Assembly: GCA_049969615.1 (NCBI GenBank)
Contig: JBMFOM010000067.1
Location: 1-11,651, forward strand
Origin: a candidate division WOR-3 bacterium
Lineage (GTDB): Bacteria; Hydrothermota; Hydrothermia; JBDRYB01
DNA length: 11,651 bases
Direction: 5' to 3'
The translations under genes were made by a program, and so were the position numbers. This document shows positions 8,411 to 11,651 of the stretch, in pieces. Position 1 is the stretch's first letter. Each line of letters begins with the position of its first letter. The notes under the pieces were generated by a model. It had not been told where the DNA came from, did not search any database, and saw only the letters and a list, made by a program, of their open reading frames with translations.

Positions 8411-9594
8411 ATCTCAAAGATCCTCTTGTAGGCGGCTAGGAGACTGGGAACAGACGCCTCCCACTTCAGGTATTTCTCAAAGCGAGCCTTGCCCTTTCTG
8501 CCCATCTCCGCGGCCTCATCGGGATGGTCAAATAGATAGGCTATTTTCTCGGCCATATCAACCGGGTCGTTCGGCCTTGCATAGAGCGCGGAGTCCTGCG
8601 CTGAGAACCTTCCCTCCGTGGTCTCAAACATCACAATGGGCTTGCCAAGGGCCATGTATTCCACCACTTTTGTCATGGTGGAACGGTCAGAGAAGGGGTT
8701 GACATGGTCAGGGTTCACGCACAAATAGCACGATGCCAGGGTCTTGAGCAGTTCCTCAGTCGGGACATAACCGGTGAACTTTATGTATTCATCCAAAAGC
8801 CCCTTTTCGCGGGCATGAGCAATGACATTTTTGAGCGCTGGACCCTCGCCCATAACGATGAAAAAAGCCTCGCGCCTACCCAGTCGGTTGACCAGGTGAT
8901 CAACTGCGTCAACTAGGAGGTTCAGGCCCTCTTGCTGTCCTATGACTCCAACATAGCCCACAACCTTCCTGCCAGGATAGAAATTCTCTGCCGGTTTCAC
9001 GCCCTCACCGAAACCGGCCTTTGGCCCGCTCCTCACTATGAATATCTTGTTCGGATCAAACCCGCCCCTTTTTATTCCTATCTCCCTGTAGGATTCGTTC
9101 GTGGCTATGACCACATCAGCGGCCTTGTAGGAGAGGCGTTCCGCGACCAGGAGCATGCGGTGCCAAAGGCCTTGTTTGCCGAACTTCACCACATAGAGCT
9201 CTGGAGAGAGGTCGCGATGGTCAAAGAGGTATTTTACGCCCAGGAGCTTGAAGGGGCAGGCCACCAGGAAAACCAAGTCTGGCGGGTCGCACCCGTGTAT
9301 TACGGAGAAGCCGGGCCCGAAGAAGTATATCCAGACCGCGAGGATGAACTGCCACGCGACTGACCAGGGATACTCAAAGAGATAAGCCGGAATATCAGAT
9401 GCCTCAACGGGCAGGGGGTGTCTGTAAACATGAATGCCGTCAATGATCTCGTGCCACTTGTTGAAACCCTTGCCCTTTGGGCTTATCATGGAAACAATAT
9501 AACCAGACTTGCGCAGTGCAAGAGCCTGTTGCCAAACACGCCTCTCAAAAGGCACTGGCAGGTTCTCTATGATTACAAGGACCCGCTTTCCCAT
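8407..9594 (-). CDS. Family 4 glycosyltransferase (WbuB-like)
   Basis: IIENLPVPFERRVWQQA N-terminus, FDHRDLSPE, GYVGVIGQQEG and KVVEYMALGKPIV. Confidence 0.87.
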   Translation of the reverse strand: MGKRVLVIIENLPVPFERRVWQQALALRKSGYIVSMISPKGKGFNKWHEIIDGIHVYRHPLPVEASDIPAYLFEYPWSVAWQFILAVWIYFFGPGFSVIHGCDPPDLVFLVACPFKLLGVKYLFDHRDLSPELYVVKFGKQGLWHRMLLVAERLSYKAADVVIATNESYREIGIKRGGFDPNKIFIVRSGPKAGFGEGVKPAENFYPGRKVVGYVGVIGQQEGLNLLVDAVDHLVNRLGRREAFFIVMGEGPALKNVIAHAREKGLLDEYIKFTGYVPTEELLKTLASCYLCVNPDHVNPFSDRSTMTKVVEYMALGKPIVMFETTEGRFSAQDSALYARPNDPVDMAEKIAYLFDHPDEAAEMGRKGKARFEKYLKWEASVPSLLAAYKRIFEI

Positions 9595-9605
9595 TTCCCG
9601 GTCAA

Positions 9606-9611
9606 ATTATA
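9606..9611 (-). promoter_or_regulatory. -10 box (TATAAT) 11 nt upstream of the GT4 ATG
   Basis: Minus strand reads TATAAT-ttgaccgggaa-ATG within a 37-nt intergenic gap. Confidence 0.5.
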
Positions 9612-9631
9612 ACGCTCGCCCAACAATGGGT

Positions 9632-9886
9632 TCATTCCTCCTCCTCCTTCTTCTTCTCTGTGCGCTTAATGAAACGAGGTCCCTCGCCTAAGAGGAGCCA
9701 GTTCATAGAAACGGAGTATTTATCCGCTATAGCAATAAGGGCCTTTACCCCAGGCAAAAATATTCCCCTCTCCCATTTTTGAAGAGTGAACACGGTTACC
9801 CCGAGGTCTTGGGCCATTTTCTCCTGCGATAGACCGAAGTCCTTCCTGAGTTCCCTTAATCTCTCCGGGATTTCCTTCTCGCTCAT
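9632..9886 (-). CDS. XRE/Cro-CI family helix-turn-helix transcriptional regulator, 84 aa (start revised to ATG at 9886)
   Basis: RLRELRKDFGLSQEKMAQDLGVT...QKWERG...P and WLLLGEGP are typical of HTH_3/cI N-terminal domains. No peptidase domain follows. Confidence 0.88.
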   Translation of the reverse strand: MSEKEIPERLRELRKDFGLSQEKMAQDLGVTVFTLQKWERGIFLPGVKALIAIADKYSVSMNWLLLGEGPRFIKRTEKKKEEEE

Positions 9887-9892
9887 GGCGAG

Positions 9893-9898
9893 ATTATA
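9893..9898 (-). promoter_or_regulatory. -10 box (TATAAT) 6 nt upstream of the XRE ATG; probable leaderless promoter
   Basis: Minus strand reads TATAAT-ctcgcc-ATG with no SD. Confidence 0.62.
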
Positions 9899-10045
9899 CC
9901 GGATAAATTTATGCCACTGCACCCAAAAGAATCGTTGTTCATCTCCCGCGGGCTGGTGAGAGACCCAACGAACACCTGGAGAAACTTAGAAAAAAATACT
10001 GGTAATTTATTACTACATGTCTGAGCAAGCGGGTAGTATTTTTGA

Positions 10046-10101
10046 ACCAGTAATAATATACTGGTATTATTAGACCAGGCATTATAAACCAGTAGCCTAG
10101 A
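10046..10101. repeat. Degenerate 14-bp-period tandem repeat (4 units) built on ACCAGTA/TACTGGT
   Basis: ACCAGTAATAATAT / ACTGGTATTATTAG / ACCAGGCATTATAA / ACCAGTAGCCTAGA starting at 10046, 10060, 10074 and 10088. Confidence 0.55.
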
Positions 10102-10150
10102 AGACCCCTGGGACGGAAATAAATTATAATGAACATTAATATACATGACC

Positions 10151-10175
10151 TAAATACTTGATAAATAAGAACTTA
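10151..10175. promoter_or_regulatory. 25-bp quasi-palindromic motif containing an IHF consensus site
   Basis: TAAATACTTG-ataaa-TAAGAACTTA. The reverse complement of 10151-10163 is TATCAAGTATTTA, matching WATCAANNNNTTR. Confidence 0.5.
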
Positions 10176-10308
10176 ACTAATCTAATTTCAACTTATTTCC
10201 ATGCTTATTGACCCACTGACTAACGATTTATCGTTATAGAGATACACTCCTCTACCCTCCCCGGGTCTCTGGATTAATCGCACATGAGAAAGACACGAGA
10301 GCGAGGGA

Positions 10309-11037
10309 TCAGTGGCTACCCAATGAGGAATTTTTGCTGAGCAATGCCCACAGGGCTATGGCACCAGCCACTGACACGTTCAGGGATCCTGTTTTTCCCC
10401 TACCAGATATGGTCAGGATGAAATCACACTTCTCCCGAAGCTTTTCGGGCAATCCCCTGCCCTCTGATCCCAAGACAAGCACTATTGGCAAAGGCGGATC
10501 CGCTAAAACAATGTCCTGGCCGCCCAGCTCAACACCAGCCACCCAACCGCCCACGGCCCTGAACTCCTTTATGAACACCTTTGGATTGCCCAACCTGCAA
10601 ACGGGCAGATGAAAGACTGCTCCAGCAGAGGACTTTACGCTGACATCGGTTACCCCTGGTGTATGCGCGCCGGATATCGCGACCCCAACTGCACCGAGGA
10701 ACTCCGCTGTTCTTATTATTGCTCCAATGTTTCCGGGGTCCTCTATGTCATGCAGGATTAGCCCAACCCCTCTCTTTTCAACGAGGAGGCCCAGAAATTC
10801 CTCTGGAGGCATGTATTCTATAGGGGGGATTATCGCCACTATCCCTTGGTGCTTTTTCGTGCCCGTGAGACGGTCAAGGCGGCCCCTGGGCACATTCTCC
10901 AGCCTCAGGCCAGCCGCCTCAATGGCAGACCTGAGTTCCGATGGCAGGCTTCTCCCCTCTGAAACCAGTATTCTCTGCGGTTTTTGACCTGTGCCCCTGA
11001 GATACTCAAGGACGGGGTTTATGCCGTAGATAATCAC
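10309..11037 (-). CDS. rlmB: 23S rRNA (guanosine-2'-O)-methyltransferase RlmB, TrmH/SpoU family (start revised to GTG at 11037)
   Basis: IYGINPV, HQGIVA, DPGNIGAIIRTA, KSSAGA, VLGSEGRGL and SLNVSVAGAI SPOUT motifs. Confidence 0.9.
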   Translation of the reverse strand: MIIYGINPVLEYLRGTGQKPQRILVSEGRSLPSELRSAIEAAGLRLENVPRGRLDRLTGTKKHQGIVAIIPPIEYMPPEEFLGLLVEKRGVGLILHDIEDPGNIGAIIRTAEFLGAVGVAISGAHTPGVTDVSVKSSAGAVFHLPVCRLGNPKVFIKEFRAVGGWVAGVELGGQDIVLADPPLPIVLVLGSEGRGLPEKLREKCDFILTISGRGKTGSLNVSVAGAIALWALLSKNSSLGSH

Positions 11038-11043
11038 CAGGAA

Positions 11044-11073
11044 ATTATAGAATTTGCCGGCTCGGGTTTTCAA
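11044..11073 (-). promoter_or_regulatory. Sigma70-type promoter of rlmB, probably leaderless
   Basis: TTGAAA (11068-11073), 18-nt spacer, TATAAT (11044-11049), then 6 nt to GTG. Confidence 0.65.
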
Positions 11074-11246
11074 CCTGAATTTCACCTGAGCTCTCACACT
11101 TCCTCAACCCATGGATCCCTTGTCCCACAAGCAAAAGCTCTGAAACCCTTGGGGCCGTAGTGGCCCAGGGACACGGGGATGGATGAAAAATATTCCCCCG
11201 GTTCAAGGAAAAGGTCTGGGGAATCCATGAGCTCTTCAGAGAGAGA

Positions 11247-11452
11247 AAAACACTATGAGACCTCTAACAAAGTAGCGATAACCTACTGGTCTGAGCGAGG
11301 GTCACTCTGTCCAAGGGAACAAGGTTCTAGGAGGGGCCCCTGAAAAATCCCACCAAGAGGGCATTTCCTCATGGTTCTCTTCCAGCTATGATGAGGCTCC
11401 CGGATATGGACCAAGGGCAAACCGGGATTCTTCAGGGGTCTCATAGCGTCTT
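11247..11452. repeat. Nested long inverted repeats (candidate structured ncRNA or MITE-like element)
   Basis: 11247-11267 vs 11432-11452 give 17/21 Watson-Crick pairs. 11337-11351 vs 11424-11438 give 14/15. The region has no ORF of 60 aa or more. Confidence 0.6.
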
Positions 11453-11497
11453 CACCGAGGTCTTGCTCTGCCTTGACCGATTGCGAGGAGAATACGC

Positions 11498-11585
11498 TAA
11501 GCTCTTGTGCCCCAAGAACTTACAGGCTATCCTAACTCATCTTTAACACCTCATTTTTCGTAAGTCATTGATAGGTAAGGACTTA
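11498..11585. promoter_or_regulatory. Two copies of the 25-bp quasi-palindromic IHF-like motif, 63 bp apart
   Basis: TAAGCTCTTG-tgccc-CAAGAACTTA (11498-11522) and TAAGTCATTG-atagg-TAAGGACTTA (11561-11585). The reverse complement of 11561-11573 is TATCAATGACTTA, the IHF consensus. Confidence 0.55.
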
Positions 11586-11651
11586 AGAGGAATAAAGGCC
11601 GGGAAATTGGCACCATGTTCAGAGGGGGTTCTCAGCGAGACCTATTCACAT

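Noticed and set aside
10046..10101. CRISPR or mini-CRISPR interpretation of the repeats
   Set aside because: The 14-bp period leaves no spacers, the repeats are too short, and no cas genes are present.
9883..10146. Two small minus-strand ORFs (87 aa and 65 aa) in the AT-rich stretch as a possible toxin or membrane partner of the XRE protein
   Set aside because: No SD or recognisable motif, and the hydrophobic composition follows from AT richness and the repeats. Not fully excluded without homology searches.
10128..10155. dif-like site (minus strand ATTTAGGTCAT GTATAT TAATGTTCATT)
   Set aside because: One arm matches the XerD arm at 8/11, but the conserved inner ATAA/TTATG bases are absent. 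A chance match is likely in AT-rich DNA.
280..10987. Numerous opposite-strand or alternative-frame ORFs (e.g. 1471-1932 +, 4767-5351 -, 7248-7940 +, 8932-9363 +)
   Set aside because: They lie over well-supported genes, show no recognisable motifs, and are typical antisense shadows.
4574..11097. N-terminal extensions in the ORF track (4574-4660, 9887-9922, 11038-11097)
   Set aside because: Each runs through a TATAAT box (translated as YN) and precedes the family-typical N-terminus.
11311..11372. Cobalamin riboswitch (AAGGGAA..GGT), RNase P (GAGGAAA on minus) or tmRNA end (CCCACCA) similarity
   Set aside because: Only fragments match. The B12 box, the GAGGAAAGUCC/P4 partner and the T-loop are all missing.

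Overview
Bacterial chromosomal window, mostly a surface-polysaccharide/glycan biosynthesis neighbourhood. On the minus strand it carries a WbpP-like epimerase, a UDP-GlcNAc 2-epimerase, a GT2 and a WbaP/WcaJ-type priming transferase. A divergent, unusually long GDP-mannose 4,6-dehydratase-family gene lies on the plus strand. Further right on the minus strand are two GT4 glycosyltransferases, a six-Asp-box secreted beta-propeller protein with a T9SS-like C-terminal domain, a small XRE-family HTH regulator and an RlmB/TrmH-family rRNA methyltransferase. The genes are mostly ordinary, and the more interesting signals are non-coding. (1) Five transcription-unit-leading genes have a perfect TATAAT only 6-11 nt before the start codon and no Shine-Dalgarno, suggesting leaderless mRNAs. 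(2) An AT-rich stretch upstream of the XRE gene has a 14-bp-period repeat and several palindromes. (3) A 25-bp palindromic IHF-like motif occurs three times. (4) A >550-nt ORF-free right end has nested long inverted repeats, a candidate structured ncRNA or MITE. No complete novel system can be proven from this window alone.
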